A DNA stretch of 63,975 nt, filler included, from Octopus bimaculoides (GCF_001194135.2; 7 parts of 7 records of this genome joined end to end with filler, not necessarily neighbours in it); one strand, 5' to 3'; shown: positions 38,491 to 53,352, counted from the whole stretch's first letter. The notes: generated by a model from the sequence alone, not told the origin. Numbers and translations are program-made.

Positions 38491-41400
38491 GTAAGTAATT
38501 TTCTATTTCAATATCCATTTAAAATGATACTTATCGGAATGCAAATTGATTTTTTTAAAAAGAGGTAAACAATTTTAGTTCCAAGTTTATTTCAGGTATT
38601 TAAGTAAATATATAAAATATACAAACATGACCTGAACCGTTGACCAATATATATATATATATATAAACAATGCAGTTTCCTCATCTTGAACTTGACTTAC
38701 AATATTACTCTTCTCCTATAGAACTTGTATATACAATTTTTATATTCACCAATTCATTTTGTAATGTATGAGATGAAAACTTTATAATCTATTTCATAGA
38801 CAAAATGTCTATCAAAGAATATATTGTGATCCATTTGAAGGAAAAACTAATTTTAATATATTCGAACATCTCACTCTATGAAATAAGGAAATCGATTAAA
38901 ACTGTCAAAATACTTGCATGTGGAACAAAACATAAACAGTGCATTATGTAACTGTCACTACATATATATATATATATATATAATATTTAAAACACATCTT
39001 GTCAAATACTTGAATTATTAAATGTAGAGTATTCGAGCCGAAGTATTTAGTGTTGCATTTATATATGTCATAAGAAGAGGGGGTCTGTGCAGCAAGACCA
39101 ACCCAAACACCAGAGTAATTACTGTTCGTTTAATAGTAATGAAGCTTGCAATTTTCAGCCAATGCGAAACGGGAAATTATGACTTTCGTGTTTTTATTAA
39201 AAGCTATGTATTGGATAAGCGATGCTATAAAAGAAAAATAAGAGGTCCTAGTTGTTGTTATAAGTAAACTAATTTGGAAATGTTTTCCTTTCAAAACCGG
39301 TAAGCTCCCGGTGAATTAAATCTGCAACCCGGTTTTGATTCTTGGCCATTCCTTTTACAAAAGTAATCCTCTTAAAAACAAAGAATATGAAAGTACCAAA
39401 CCCCATTTCACCTTTGTGTGTGGGGTCTTGTGCACATGTGAAAAAGCGCACTTATAGGAAACCTTCTAAGTTCCAATGGTAAAGATAACGAACCTTTTCT
39501 CTGGCATTAGAAGCTTTAATAGAAAGTGATAGTAATTTACGACATCGTAAAACGGCATGTCATCAATACTCATCACTTGCATAGACCCTTGTTTTTTGTT
39601 TTTGGTGAGAGGTACGTTAGAAGGGTTTGTGATTTTTTTTTCGAGTTTTTATGTTAGCTGTTGTTTTAGTAATAGGATTGTAGGTTCAGTTTTAAGTATG
39701 GTACTGATATTTATTTTATAGATCTACAAGGGTCAAACGACAGTTTGACCCTTGTTATATCTAGTGGAACTGGAACTTAGATCCATTAAAATCAACACTG
39801 CAATGTGTGGAACTGTCTTTCTTTTATTTAACCATTCTACCTAGTTTTGTATTAATTCGTATATTTTTGAAAATGAAAGTATTCTGGCATGTTTGTACCA
39901 CTATAATGAAAGAATGAAGCTTGTAATAGAGTATCAGATGTAAATGTGAACACTTCAAGCTAAGGAAAGCCTCCACATGGTCCTTCGTCTGCTAGAAACA
40001 ACAACCAGTTATCCCACTCTAACATATACAATGTCTGAAAAAAGTACAGACGGACACGGATGGAATGTCTTTTTTATATTAGGTCTGCTTGGTTACATAG
40101 AACTAAGTTACAGAATGGACAATTTTCCCCTCTAGTTGATAAGTTTTAGTAGTTCATATCACTGCATCTTCAAATTTAATTAAAGAGCGACTAATTTCCT
40201 TTTCAATGTATAGAATTCAAGTAAATGAGGTGTCACGTTCCTTGGTCTTGCATTTATATGCAATTGTAAACATTGCACGAAGTTGTTAGAGTTAGCACTT
40301 CTAATTGCTTATACTTAAAGTATAATAAATTTATGTGCTAAGTTATCATAGCTTCAGAAACCCCTTTAAAAGCCCAGACATTCTTTAATACAATATTTAA
40401 TAAGTTTCAGCTTAAGGTAAAGGTATATTAATCTGTACTAAACATATTGCTTCAGATTTAATAGTAAGTTAATGGAAAGGCAGTGACATTTAGGCCTTTT
40501 ATAAATGTGTATATGAATGTTTTCTTCTGGGAATCAAAATCAGGTCATGGTTTGCTTATAATTAATACAACCATAATGAAATCTGAAGCACAATGAGTGA
40601 GGTTAAGCTGTTGAACTACTGACTACATGATCAGGAGTTCTAACCTTTACAAGAGCCATCGTGTTGTTCTTCTAGGTAGGGTACATAACTCTATTTGCTC
40701 TCGTGAATGAACTGCTAAGATTTTAATGTAAATAACATTAGATGTTATATGAACCAACTATCAGAAGGAAAATAGAAACAGATCCACTTGCAGGACTCTA
40801 GCTATCTCTTAGTGGAAATTAGCTATATTATTAATTATACTACAGAATGATTGCCAATCCTCTTCTCCAGGAAGTGGTTGACCAATTTACTTGTGAAAAT
40901 AAAACTGCACATTTAAAATAACTGAGGAAAAAAATATCTAATTTGAAAAGAGTTTAAACAGGTGCCAGTATCAAACAGAATAAATAAATCTCTGTTATTC
41001 TAAAATTGTATCCTTAATTATAAATATTGTCATCATTTTCTGTTTCAATATCCATAATGGATACTTCCAGTTACTCAGCATGTTTAGGTACATATTGTTG
41101 AGCAAGGAGACTATTCCAAATAAACTGGTTCATGACTAAGTTAATTCTCTCTTCAAGTCACTTCCATCGATACTGGTATGAATATCACCTACTCTCAGTC
41201 TTTTCTGCTACAAAAACATAGTTTAGATCTTTTGTTATTTCTGGGCAGGCCATTTAATACCTTTGTTATCAGTGAAGAATAAGTACCAGAATCAGTAGCA
41301 TTTTGTATGAAAGATTGGTATCCTATTCCTGAAATGCTTCCCTTGTTTACTTAACACTTTGAGATATTCAAATTATTTACATGCTTGACTATTACACATT

Positions 41401-41599
41401 TGTTACCATAGTAACTAGTTTAAAATGGAAATATATGTAACAATCAAGAACACCCAGAAGATGTATAACTAAATACTTTACCCTTTTGTTACCATATTCT
41501 TGTTGACATACACTTCTTTTATTTGAATTAATTTTGAAAATTATGAAGAATTTAGTGAAATAACTTTGTCATTATTAATCTGGTATTTGGAACATATAT

Positions 41600-41790
41600 T
41601 GGTTTCAAATTTTGACACAAGGCCAGCAAGTTCATGGAAGGGGTTATACTGATTACATTGACCCGTGTTCAACTTATTTTATTGATCCTGGAAGGATGAA
41701 AGGCAAAGTTAACCTCGGCAGAATTTGAACTCAGAATGTAGAGATGTACAAAATGCCATGAAGTATTTTGCCTGGTATGCTAATGAGTCA
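41600..41790 (-). mobile_element. SINE family A in slo intron
   Basis: ggatgaaaggcaaagttaacctcggcagaatttgaactcagaatgta is the reverse complement of the family body. Confidence 0.7.
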
Positions 41791-43214
41791 GCCAGCTCAC
41801 TGCTTTATTTAAAACATATATTAACAGAAAATTTTGATGGAAGGTTTTAATTTAGATCACTTTAAAACAAGAAGTTTGTATTATGGAACCTGGACTAGTC
41901 TCAGGCAAGTTGATATCAAGAGTTAAAGTGCTTTTTTCATTAATACCATCTAATGTAGAAAAACTGAACTCATTTTTAGGAAACTAAGGCTAATCTCAAC
42001 TATGTGTGGGTGGTGGGGAATGATGTATTTAACAAATCAACCTAAGTGCCAAATTAAATGAAACCACAGAGTAGTATCTATAGCAACGATATAGCCCTCA
42101 AATCATGCCATACCATCTTAAAGAGAGAACATGTCAGATAATGTAAAACTACATACTCTTAAAAAACAAGACAGTCATATCTGGGATACCTTTAATCATG
42201 TGACTCTTTGATGAAGATTAACCTAGAATTAAAACGTTTGCATGTAATTGAATTGCACTTCTTTTAGGTAGAATCATTGTGGTGTTTGTTCTATATTTTT
42301 TATATATGAACTCAAATCCCACCAAGGTCAAGTTTGCTTTCTATCTCTCTGGAGTTGGTAAAATAAAATACTACTATTAGTCAAAAATTACATCAATTTT
42401 ATTAAATGTTGTCTTTCCTCAAAATTTGAGAGCTTGTGCTTGAGGAAGGAATTAAAATTTCCATATTCCTTCCAGTTCTCATAGACAAGATGATCGTTCT
42501 TTTAATGCTTTAGTTACTTTAGATTTTTAGAGCCTGCCTGGCTAAGACCATGCTGGAGTACCATCTATTTAGAACGTCATGTTTTACTAAAGTTAATTAT
42601 ATTTGGTCTGAAGTCTTTAAGAAATATAGCTGAAGTGGAAAAGTTGGACAAGTGCCTGAAACTCTCCTATTACAAGGATTTAGCAAGGATACAAATAACC
42701 TCAGCTGCAACTATCAAACTCAACAATTCCCAGGGAATATGTCTTTGTATAGTGGCTCAAACTGCCAGAAATAATTGGCAAATCTCCCTCAAATCACATC
42801 TATCTGCTTTTAAAAATGCAGCAAAATATAGTCCTGAAACAAAACTAGATGATCACAATTTGAACACTTTGATCATAGAGTTGGTCTGAAGTTAAACAAC
42901 AACTCACTGAAATCTGTCATGAGCCAAAGATCTCATTAGGCCAAAGCTTAACCTCATTTCCATGGTGTATTACAACACTCCCTACCCCACTGAATGGGAC
43001 ATTAGTCAGGTGCAGGGTTAACTTCCCAGCTATTGCTGGTACTCACTGCTAAGCGGACTGGAGCAACTTGTGTTTTGCTGAAGAGCACAACATACTGCCC
43101 AGTCTGGGAACTGAAACCATGATTATAGGATCAGGAGTGCAATACTCTAACCACTAGTGTCTTTACAACACCAACACCAACAACTAATAATAATAATAAT
43201 GATAATAATAATAA

Positions 43215-43430
43215 TAATCCTTTCTACTATAGGCACAAGGCCTGAAATTTTGCAGGAGGAGACTAGTCAATTACATCAACCCCAGTGCTTGATTGGTATT
43301 CATTTTATCAATCCCAAAAGGATGAAAGGCAAAGCTGACCACAGTGGAATTTGAACTCAGAATGTAAAGGTGGATGAAATCCCGGAAAGCATTTTGCCAA
43401 GCGTGCTAACAATTCTGCCAGCTCACCCCA
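43215..43430 (-). mobile_element. SINE family A in slo intron
   Basis: Reverse-complement family body and head, with a (TAA)n tract on the left. A partial further copy follows at about 43460-43580. Confidence 0.7.
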
Positions 43431-45124
43431 CTATATAATAATAATAATAATAATAATGCTTCAAATTTTAGCACAAGGCCAGCAGTTTTGGGAAATGGGC
43501 TAAGTTGGTGACCTCGACTGCAGTGCTCAACTTATTCTATCAACCCCAAAAGGATAAAAGGCAAAGTCAACCTTGGTAGAGGCCTTTACCTTCTTTATTT
43601 TGGTTTGTTGGAGCTTGCTGTACACATCCTACCATTTTATAAACATTCTCTAACCTTTTCTGGGTTATTTCCTTGTTAAGTTGCATTGTTTATTATTTTG
43701 ATATTAAAACTCTTCAGATAACTTTAATGTAAAAATTTAAGGAAGAGATGACAGTAGACAGAACTTAGCATAGATCTTCGAATAAGTTATTTTTCAACTA
43801 AATAACCATTGTTGTGGCACATAACTTAACTATTAGAGTGTTGTGCTCACAAATATAAAATCAAAGGGTTAATTCATCCACCAAGCAGTGCATCGTCTCC
43901 TTGAGCTAAGTACTTCATCATGTGTTGCTCCGGTCCTCTCAGCTGAAAATGAGTACCGACCCTCTCTCCCTCCAGCTGTCATACCCTTGATTCTGAGTCA
44001 AAGATGAGCATATATCCTATCTGAGTCAAAGATCTATAAAATAATTATACAGGCATCTAAAATAATTACTGAAAACATGGCACATGTTACCAAGTCATAC
44101 TTACTTGCAAGAGACAGCTATACTTTAACCTGGCTAAGTATCATATCTAGGGTAATCACTCACTCATGGAAGCACCTTGTACAGCCTGAAATTGACCAAC
44201 ATGGCCTGATAGTCCTACAACCAACTAACAATGATTTGCTGAGTTGTCATCCAGTAGTAGATCAAACAATGGCTGAATGGAATTGTTGATTTTACATTAA
44301 TTTCTAAGATAGGTGGTAAAATGTTGATACTTTTTGCACTGTCTAGTTTAAAGTTTCTTTCTAAAATAACAAAAGTGATGCACAGAGGCAGATTGTATTC
44401 TTTTCTCATTCTGTAAGCTCTAAGGTGTATTAGTAAGAATATCCAAAAATGAGATAATTCGAGAATGGCATAGAGTGAGTGATGTGATTTCAGAATAACA
44501 AAAGCACTAGTTCTGCCAAGCCAGACATGTCACAAGATTCACTGTCAACATGTGGATCTGTGAAGTTGTCGAGTGGTATCCAAGAGATCAGAAAGGACCA
44601 CTCGGAAGGCCTATATGATAACAGGAATATGATTTAGTTATACAATTACAGCCAAGATTGGGGAAAATGGTGCAATCAAGAAAAACTGGAAGCATATCAT
44701 GACCAAGGGTGTATAAAAACATCTGATAGTCTGGTTGATAGAGTAATACAGTGACTAGAATGGAGCATAGTTGTTAGTATTTAGCTGCAAGTCAGCCCAA
44801 TCATCCCATTTTTTTGTATATCTATGGTTACATTATCCAATCTGACCTTTTTATCTATTTATTTTAAAATGAGAGACTAGGAAGAAGATTTAATTGCTAA
44901 TCTGTTGGGTTGATTGACCACATAAAAACTCACACATTGGTTTGAAATTGATGAAATAAGAGAGCAGGGTAAATTCAATCAGCTTCAGTATATTGTTAGT
45001 AAATTATTATAACCTTTTATCTAAGAATTTTATGGCTATGCATTATTAATGTTTAGCTATTGACCAATCATATTTATCATTGTTTTAAATTAACTAACCA
45101 GCCATAATATAAGGTTAGGTGAAG

Positions 45125-45345
45125 GGTGGTGGATTGGCAGAATCATTAGAGCAATGGAAAGAATGCTTAGCAGTATTTGTTCTGGCATTTTACATTCTGA
45201 GTTTAAATGTTGCCAAGCCTTTCATCCTTCCGGAATCAGTAAAATAAAATATTAGTCAAGTATGTTCTGGGGTCGATATAATCAACTAAAACTTCTCACC
45301 CCACCCCGTCCCACAAATTTCTGGCCTTGCACCTGTGTTAGAAAG
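45125..45345 (+). mobile_element. SINE family A in slo intron
   Basis: ttggcagaatcattagagc...ctgagtttaaatgttgcc...ggggtcgatataatcaact. Confidence 0.65.
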
Positions 45346-46479
45346 AATTATTAGGTTAGACAGAAGAAATGGCAGAATATTGAACTAATTCTACAGTTAA
45401 CTTATCTTTCATACCTCCATGTTTAGTAAAATACATGCCAAAAGCCAACAAGTGAGTATCTATCTACATCATTGCTTAACTTGCTAGAAATAGCAATCAA
45501 ATCTTCTAAACCTTACCCTAGCAAAAATATAATAAATCAGTTCACTCTACTCTTCCCTTACAAGTATGTGGGAGAAATGGCGGGGAGTACCAGAAAATTA
45601 CCATACGGTATTCACTTTCTTTCTTTGACCTTCTAAATACCCGTAATATATCAGGCAGTGGTGACTTGGCAGAACTGTTAGAGAATCTCGTGTTAGTTAT
45701 TCTGACTTCTTGCATTCCTACAAAGGCAAACTTTACCTTTTTCCCTTCCAGGTTCAATAAATAGTCTCCCCACCTCCCTCATTTCTCTCTCTCTCTCTCT
45801 GTTAATTACATTGTGCTGTGAGAAAGGTTCCTTGGAAACCATGCACAGTGTCTCTTTCTCTAGAAGTAGTGGATGTTTGAATAAGATGTCAGCAACCTCT
45901 TTTCATAAGAAAATGTTATACTACTGTAATTGTCCATGTAACACAAAATATAAAGTATATACCAGGAATTTCATTCTTCTCTACTCCTCTACTACAAATT
46001 TGTGCCCTGATGAAAGGTATTTCAATCATAACCATCCAGTCCTTCTGTATATCATGAATTACATTATCAAGTGTGTTCATTTTTTAAGCAGGTAGAGTGT
46101 ATTTGAATGACCACATAGTCAGGTAACTCAGTACAGCCAAATTGTTAATACTTAGTTACTTCACTTTATGTTTTGCATTCCAACCATGTTGAAGTTGATT
46201 TCTCCTTTTATCATTCTAGGGGCAGAGGTTGGTAAAATTAGTACCAGTAAAATTTTATGCTTGAACTAATCAACTGTACCTTCTTTGTCCCATTAGAAAT
46301 TACATTGATTGAGAGAAGTGGTGGAATTTAATTACATATCTTTACATTCTGATTTCAAATCTCACAGGAGTTTGATTTGAGCCTTCATTACTCTACAGTC
46401 CATGTAACTGAGTATGTAACTCTTCATATATGAGTATGTGAGTATGTAACTGAGTATGTGACTCCTCATACAACGGTTT

Positions 46480-46690
46480 CAAATTTTGGCACAAGACCTG
46501 CAATCTTAAGTGAGGGGATTAGTTGATTACATCAACCCCAGTGTTCAACTGGTAATTATTTTGTCAGCCTCAAAAGGATGAAAGGTAAAGTCAATCTCAG
46601 CAGAATTTGAACCCAGAATGATAAAAGCTGAAAGAAATGCCACTTAGAGTTTTGTCTGACTCACTAATGATTCTGACAGCTCACTGTTTT
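46480..46690 (-). mobile_element. SINE family A in slo intron
   Basis: Reverse-complement family body (gattacatcaaccccagtgttcaactggta...ggatgaaaggtaaagtcaatc). Confidence 0.65.
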
Positions 46691-46707
46691 TCTCCATATA
46701 TTAATTT

Positions 46708-46925
46708 TTGTTGTTGTTGGCACTCCATCGCTTATGACGTCGAGGGTTCCAGTTGATCCAATCAACGGAACAGCCTGCTCATGAAATTAATGTGCAAGTG
46801 GTTGAGCACTCCACAGACATGTGTACCCTTAACGTAGTTCTCGGGGAGATTCAGCGTGACACAGTGTGACAAGGCTGACCCTTTGAATTACAGGCACAAC
46901 AGAAACAGGAAGTAAGAGTGAGAGC
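46708..46925 (-). mobile_element. Truncated antisense copy of the (CAA)n-tailed element
   Basis: ttgttgttgttggcactccatcgcttatgacgtcgagggttccagttgatcc... matches the reverse complement of 53150-53352. Confidence 0.75.
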
Positions 46926-47169
46926 TTTGCTTGCTGACTTTATTTTCTATAAAATATACTGTGGTTGTTTATATGGTGTGTAGCTCTCCTATGCAAAATT
47001 AGTTTTGCATCTAAGCAAAGGAAATTCTACTTGTATTTAAGTATAAGTGTAGGCATGGTTGTTTGGTTAAGAAACTTGCTTTGCAATCACATGGTTCTGA
47101 GTTCCGTCCCATTGTGTGGAACCTTGGTATAATAGAAGTGTCTTCTACTATAGCCTCAGGCCAAAAGCT

Positions 47170-47565
47170 TAAAAGCTGCACTCTGTGCGGACTTTTAGGC
47201 TAGCTCATGCGACTCAAAACTAAAGAGAGCAATAATAGTAAGGCATTTATTGGTACCCTACCAATGTGGTATTACCCTACCAATATAGTATTACTTTAAA
47301 CTCAGTTTAAATTTTAAAATATTGTAAGTTCACATTTTTGGAGTTCTTTTAAAATTTGAATTTTCAACTGTTAGCATATTACAAATCCTCATCCCAACCT
47401 GATCCCAATGCTGGATGTTCAAGAACCAAATTAAGGACAGATTTTCAATCCCAGGATCATCCTGATTCCAAAAAGGTATAATATGTCTATGTAGAGCAAA
47501 TGTAAACTGAGATACAGGGGTCCTGGACAGACAGACAAACAGAATTTCATGTTTATTATTATAGA
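47170..47565 (-). mobile_element. Putative non-autonomous Helitron, degenerate
   Basis: Minus strand starts TCtataataataaa...gtttgtctgtctgt at 47565, like the element starting at 6141. 3' end not resolved. Confidence 0.4.
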
Positions 47566-48944
47566 AGGTAGAACAGAGTTGGGTAATTCATAGGAAAGAC
47601 AATATTACTCATTGAGAGCACAGGTCTGTAGCCACTCCTAAAGTGCTAGTGAGTGAAATCTGACTTATCAGGTGGATAATTTTAAATGCTGTCCTGAATA
47701 TGTGTGTTTGTGTGTTAGGATAAACTTGTGTTAAGAATTGTTGAATAGCTCCAGTTACCTGTTTTGTTTGATCAAATACTTAGGAACAACTGAAAAGCTC
47801 ACCACCATAAATATGCTAATATAAGTTGTAATGTTTTTAATTTTTGAATGGCTTTGACAGAGAAGGAAAGAGACAGCTTTAGAGCTTTTTTAGGTCTCCC
47901 CATGGTTTGAAAAAGGAAGGAGGAGGACATTATCCCCAAACCAAAGATCTGGCCTGCATGTTTTACATGTAGTAGCTTCAGCTAAAGGCACTTGGGTTGA
48001 ACTTTGCTGTTATATCTAGGACCATTCACATTTTGTTTATGTGATCCTTATTGCAGAGAGCCTTCTGAAACTGGTGAGGGGAAAATGACATAAATCTTGA
48101 ATCTTAGATTTGTCTTCAGACTAAACACTTCCATTACAAGCATTAACTTTGAAAGAGTACCTATTCTGCTATGAGAACCAAGTGTAGTGTTAAATCAAGT
48201 GAAAGATTAAATTCCCCCACCCAACAATATGTGCCATCTATCCAATAGGTTTCTGCACAGTTTCTGCATCTATTAAATTTCATTCACAAAGCTCAAAGCT
48301 TAGGTTCATCCAAGATTATGGTAGAAGACATCCGAGGTACAGTACAGTAAGATAAACCTAAAGCCATGCAATTTCAAAATAAAGTTCTTAATGTATGGAC
48401 ATGTCTGTGCCCTATTTTACTGGGAGTTGAGATTCATTTGGTTGATAGATTCCTTTATTTGATAATAGTTGAAGAGAACAGATAAAATCTTCTCTCACTG
48501 ATCAGGCATCATAGTTAAGATTAGTGTGGGATCTCCTTGAAGTAATAATGGGAGAATTGTTTCCTATTGGTAAATAGATCACAGGGAAGTGATTGGAGGA
48601 AATCGACTTCCATAAAACCAGTTTAATGTGCAATTTGAGTAAAGCTGAGTGTAAATGAATTTAAAAATAACTACTGTTTTGAACTCATCTTCATCTATTT
48701 TTATTGGATATTCCTCTGTCCCCACCCACTTCTGCTCATCTTTTACCTTGAGGTGCTACCTGAACACTTCAGTACCACCATTTCTCTCTTATCAACTATT
48801 GTTGATACATTCTCTCTCTTTCCTCTAAATGTGAGTAGCCATAAAGCTCCTCTTGAAGAAACAGCTCTGCTCTATCTCTTTCTCTCATACCTTAACTTTC
48901 ATCCACTAACATAAAGTCCTACCGACCCCTCAGATTCCATAGTC

Positions 48945-49155
48945 TTGTGAACTGCATGGTGACCTCACTAATGCCAGTGACATGAAAGAAAAACACCCAG
49001 TACATATTGTAAAGTGGTTGGTGTTGGGAAGGGCATTCAGCTCTAAAAACCATGACAAAGCAGATACTGGATCTTGATGCAGTCCTTGGATCCATTAGAT
49101 CCTATCAAACCATCCAGCCTATGCCAGCATGGAACATGGACATCAAATGATGATT
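48945..49155 (+). mobile_element. Degenerate copy of the (GAT)n-tailed retroposon family
   Basis: gtggttggtgttgggaagggcattcagctctaaaaac...ccagcatggaacatggacatcaaatgatgat; homologous to 27427-27790. Confidence 0.6.
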
Positions 49156-49974
49156 GTGATTCATTTTCAGCAATTTTTATTCAATAAATTCTCTAATCCT
49201 ATTTGCAATCTTTGCTGTAACATACCACCCATTAAACCCTTTTGTTACCACCTCAACTATTATTTGCCAACTCATCTACTTTGGCTTCTGGTTCAAGCTA
49301 CTTCTAACCCAGCTATGATTTTCCATCCCAGTTACTATCTGCCATTTATCAACTACTACATGTTGCCCAATTAATACCACAACATCACTTATCTATCAGT
49401 CTTTCACTAGGGACCTTGTAAGTTGTCAATATGTACTGAGTAAATATCCTTCCATAAATTTTTATTATCTTCAAAATATAGATGATTTAATTCAGTCCTA
49501 AGTTTTAAGGTAGCATATCCACAACAAAAATTAACCGTTTTTTTAAAAGTTGATCAAACAATACTCCACATAAACAAGCTTACCAGGTATGTTGCCTCTC
49601 GCAAATGAACTGCAGCCAGGTCTGATACCCTCCATTCCACAAATCACCTATAATGACAAAAGTCATAGAGATCATTCCCACATCTATCACTTTGTAGGTT
49701 TAAACCATACAGTAATAATACACTCTAATATCATTCAAATAAAGTAAAAAAACCTTGACGGTTGTCTAAATTCTATCATAAATTCCATCATAAGATATAC
49801 CATCTCTTCCAGGGTTTTCAAACTAGAAAGTGTAGAGCACTGAAAATCATTCTCTCAGAACACAAAAAAATCTATACATATTCCAGTACTAAGTCCTAAA
49901 TTTCTACTAGTGATACTATTAACAATGCTCTACTACGATTACCACAAACAGGACCACCACCAATATTGGGAGTC

Positions 49975-50178
49975 ACTAAATGGTCCCTTATTAAACCTGC
50001 TAGAAATAACAATCAAGTCTCATCAAATCACACCCTACCATCTTTAAAATGGGAAAGCTATTTTGAATAACTTAGTCCGAGACATATGTCTACAAAATAA
50101 AGATGACATGGTCATGGCTTGAATACTTTTTAAATATAAACTTGCTCAATCAGGGCTAACCAGAGACTAAACAACATA
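49975..50178 (+). repeat. Interspersed repeat family D (ctgctagaaatagcagccaaatct... motif)
   Basis: cctgctagaaataacaatcaagtctcatcaaatcacaccctacc...ctaaacaac. Degenerate relatives at about 39975-40105, 42760-42800 and 45480-45520, and motif reuse at 59580-59810 and 61298-61501. Confidence 0.55.
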
Positions 50179-53039
50179 CCACTACTAAAACTACTAATAT
50201 TGTTACAGCCACCATAATAGCCAAATCCATTACAACTATTACTCTTTTATACTATTATTATGACCATCACTACTGCCACAGCTACCATCTTCATCATTTT
50301 TATTACTGCTAATTTTATTGCCACAACCAACACTACTACTACTACTACCACTATTTTTGCCATTACTTCAACTACTCCAACCCCAACACTTAATACCACT
50401 GTTTCTACAATAAAGGTTAATACTTTCTGCACAATCCTAGTAGAATAAACAAAGATATCTATATATTTAATGAAAATCTCACATCCAGAGAGATATAACA
50501 AGTAATTTTAATATAGTTGAATGGCATTTCATCCTTAAAGCGAATACTGTTTTCATTAAAAATAACCTCTTTTAATGTATCTTCTTTATTGTAACCTGTT
50601 GTAATGTCCATCTGACACAAAACATTACTTTATATGAATGATATATTTACTAACATATACGCTTGCATTAAATTCAGTTAATTATTTATGATGATTAGAT
50701 TACCATAGAGATAAACAGACAAAATCTACAAAAAGGTATTGTTTTCTTGTAAAAGGAAATGATTATGGGTATTAGAATTAATTTGGGTGGTAAATTTAAT
50801 CCATTGTTAGTTTAACACTACAATGTGGTCTTTGGGTGCCTTAATTGAAGTTTACTCTGTTGCAAGCTTTCAGGAACCAAGTCTCCCTTCCTCCTACTAG
50901 TCTTGGAAGCCCTGAGTTATGATCACTGCCCTTCTCTCCCAGGCCAAATAGTAAAACAAAATTTCCTAATATTTTTTTATGACTAGATTTTGCACCACCT
51001 AGAAATAAACTGAAAATTGAGGCTCCTACTTCATTCCAGGGTTCTGATAAGAATGACAGTTTGAACAACAAACAGTGGCTCAGATCAGATTCCTGGAATT
51101 AAATAATGTAAAGATTGTTTCATACTTAGCTCTGTAGTTGTACAGAAAATACCTCCTAATAGTTATCTCAAAAATTATTCTGTAATAGGCACTTCATGAT
51201 TTACTTTCACTCAACACTACTAAACTACTGATTATACAAACTCAAAGAAACAAACTCACAATAAGGCTAAAATGATCAAAGTTAAATTTTTAAATTTATT
51301 ATTCTTTTGGATAACAATTCCATGCTTACCATGCATGTTCTAAATAACCTAGATTGCATTACAAATTCACAAATACTAGATTTCATTTCCATATCAGAAA
51401 ATACTTCAGTTCTGAACAGCTGTCCACTTTATAAAAAATACAAATATACTATATTGTGGATTTAATCAAACAGCTGGTATGGGACACCCCATTGCATGCT
51501 TATATTCTAGATTGCATCTAAAAATAGGTCATTTGCTTGACAGACAATTCTTTATTTGTAAACATTGTGCTGCTAGCTAGTATGTCACCAGGAGAGTCAT
51601 GAAATCACATGTTGCTTATTCTAGGTTATAACTGCCATCTCTTTTTACACCTCTTAGGTGAGATACAGCTCTTCTGAAGGTAATTCATGTAGGAGTATGG
51701 GAACTCTGAATAAAAACGTTATGACATGAAAGCAAACTATATAAACATGTGTAGGAGAAACAGTCTTTTATGACATAATGACAGCTATGTAATCTAAAAG
51801 AGCAGCCACTCTGGACATAAACTGCTATACTTAACATATGACATTTAGTATTGCTTTAAGTACAATGTGTTAAGTATAGTAGTTTAGTTTGTGGATGTGA
51901 TTTCAGTTCCTGGGTCAGTTAAACAATACCATATTTGATGGTATATAAGATAACTTTCTTTCCTTAAAAAAAAAATCCTTCATGAAACCAGCCCAGACTT
52001 TAAATGTGAAGTTGGGCCTCCCAGAAGTTAATTTTGTCTAAAGCCTTTTTTTAATCTGAATACATACTGCTGTAATTGGGGTGCATCTAATATGCCTGTG
52101 CAACTTTTATACCATCAAAAATGGTATATACTCTGGTTCAAGCTGAATGAGTGAGTAACATCACAAATAGAAGAGTATTTCAAGTATAGACAGTAGAATA
52201 AGAAGAATCTACTCTGTAGATTTAATGAAGGGTTTGGCTTGATACTCTGAAAACATCACCAAATATGAAAGCACTTGAAAAAGGCTAGGTATACTATCTT
52301 ATTTGTAGATACCCTCAATAGCATGCTAATTATGTGTTATAAGTGTGTAATGAGATGAAGATATAGAGCTTCTGGTGGATGCTGTCTGAGGACTTGATGT
52401 TTGTATTCTACATCTTGTTATTTTTTTGTTTTAGTCATCACAACTAAGGTTATGATGGAGTGTGTAAAAATAGTATATAGTAAAATGATAAAATAAGAAA
52501 TAATTGTTGATTAGAAGTTTTGTTACTAATTTAAGATTTAATGCTTATTTCATTAGTGCTTTCAAGAATAGGTATTTAAAATTAAACCAGCAACAAGGCT
52601 TTCAGTTGATAGTTATTTTTTATTTTATCACTCTGCTAAACATTGTTATCATGTGTTCATCCAAATACCAATTTACATATCCATCTATTTACCTCTTATC
52701 ATCATTTGTCTGTTTCTATACTCATCACTTAGATCTCACATAACTGCACCTATCCACTACCCATAGTTTAAAAGAGTGTCAGATCTCTCAAGATTGTTAA
52801 GAGCATCGGATTTCATACAATGGTTATTCAGAGATATCCAAGGATGGAAGAATAGCATTAAAAATTTGAGGTGCAGTTGTTTAAAAGTAATCTTGAAAGT
52901 TATAAATCACATAGATGAAATTACAAAGGATAGAAATATACCTACATGAAGGATGGGAACAGACATAAATTATGATGACAAACATTGTGAAGAATACTTT
53001 GAGAATTTCACTCCTGTTATAGAAGATGTCTGTGGAGGC

Positions 53040-53352
53040 CCAGACCGGGCTTTGTGAGTGTTTATTGAGTGAAAACACCTAAAGCTCCACGAGGCTCCGG
53101 CAGGGGATGGTAGCGAACCCTGCTGTACTCTTTCACCACATCTTTCTCTCGCTCTTACTTCCTGTTCCTGTTGTGCCTGTTATTCAAAGGGTCATCCTTG
53201 TCACACTGTGTCACGCTGAATATCCCAGAGAACTACGTTAAGGGTACACGTGTCTATGGAGTGCTCAGCCACTTGCACGTTAATTTCACGAGCAGGCTGT
53301 TCCATTGATCGGATCAACTGGAACCCTCGAAGTCGTAAGCGATGGAGTGCCA
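53040..53352 (+). mobile_element. (CAA)n-tailed retroposon/SINE in slo intron
   Basis: Ends gatggagtgccaacaacaacaa. Reverse-complement homolog at about 46708-46925. Confidence 0.75.

Noticed and set aside
38074-38568. 164-aa ORF as a complete protein
   Set aside because: Starts at GTG and reads 25 codons into the intron past the GTAAGT donor. Only 38134-38490 is supported as coding.
39640-39700. gttgttttagta (VVLV) as slo exon 2
   Set aside because: No AG acceptor in the right phase, and the frame continues IGL* rather than an S1 helix.
50240-50450. Thr-rich mucin-like ORF
   Set aside because: Degenerate (ACT/ACC)n trinucleotide repeat within the slo intron.
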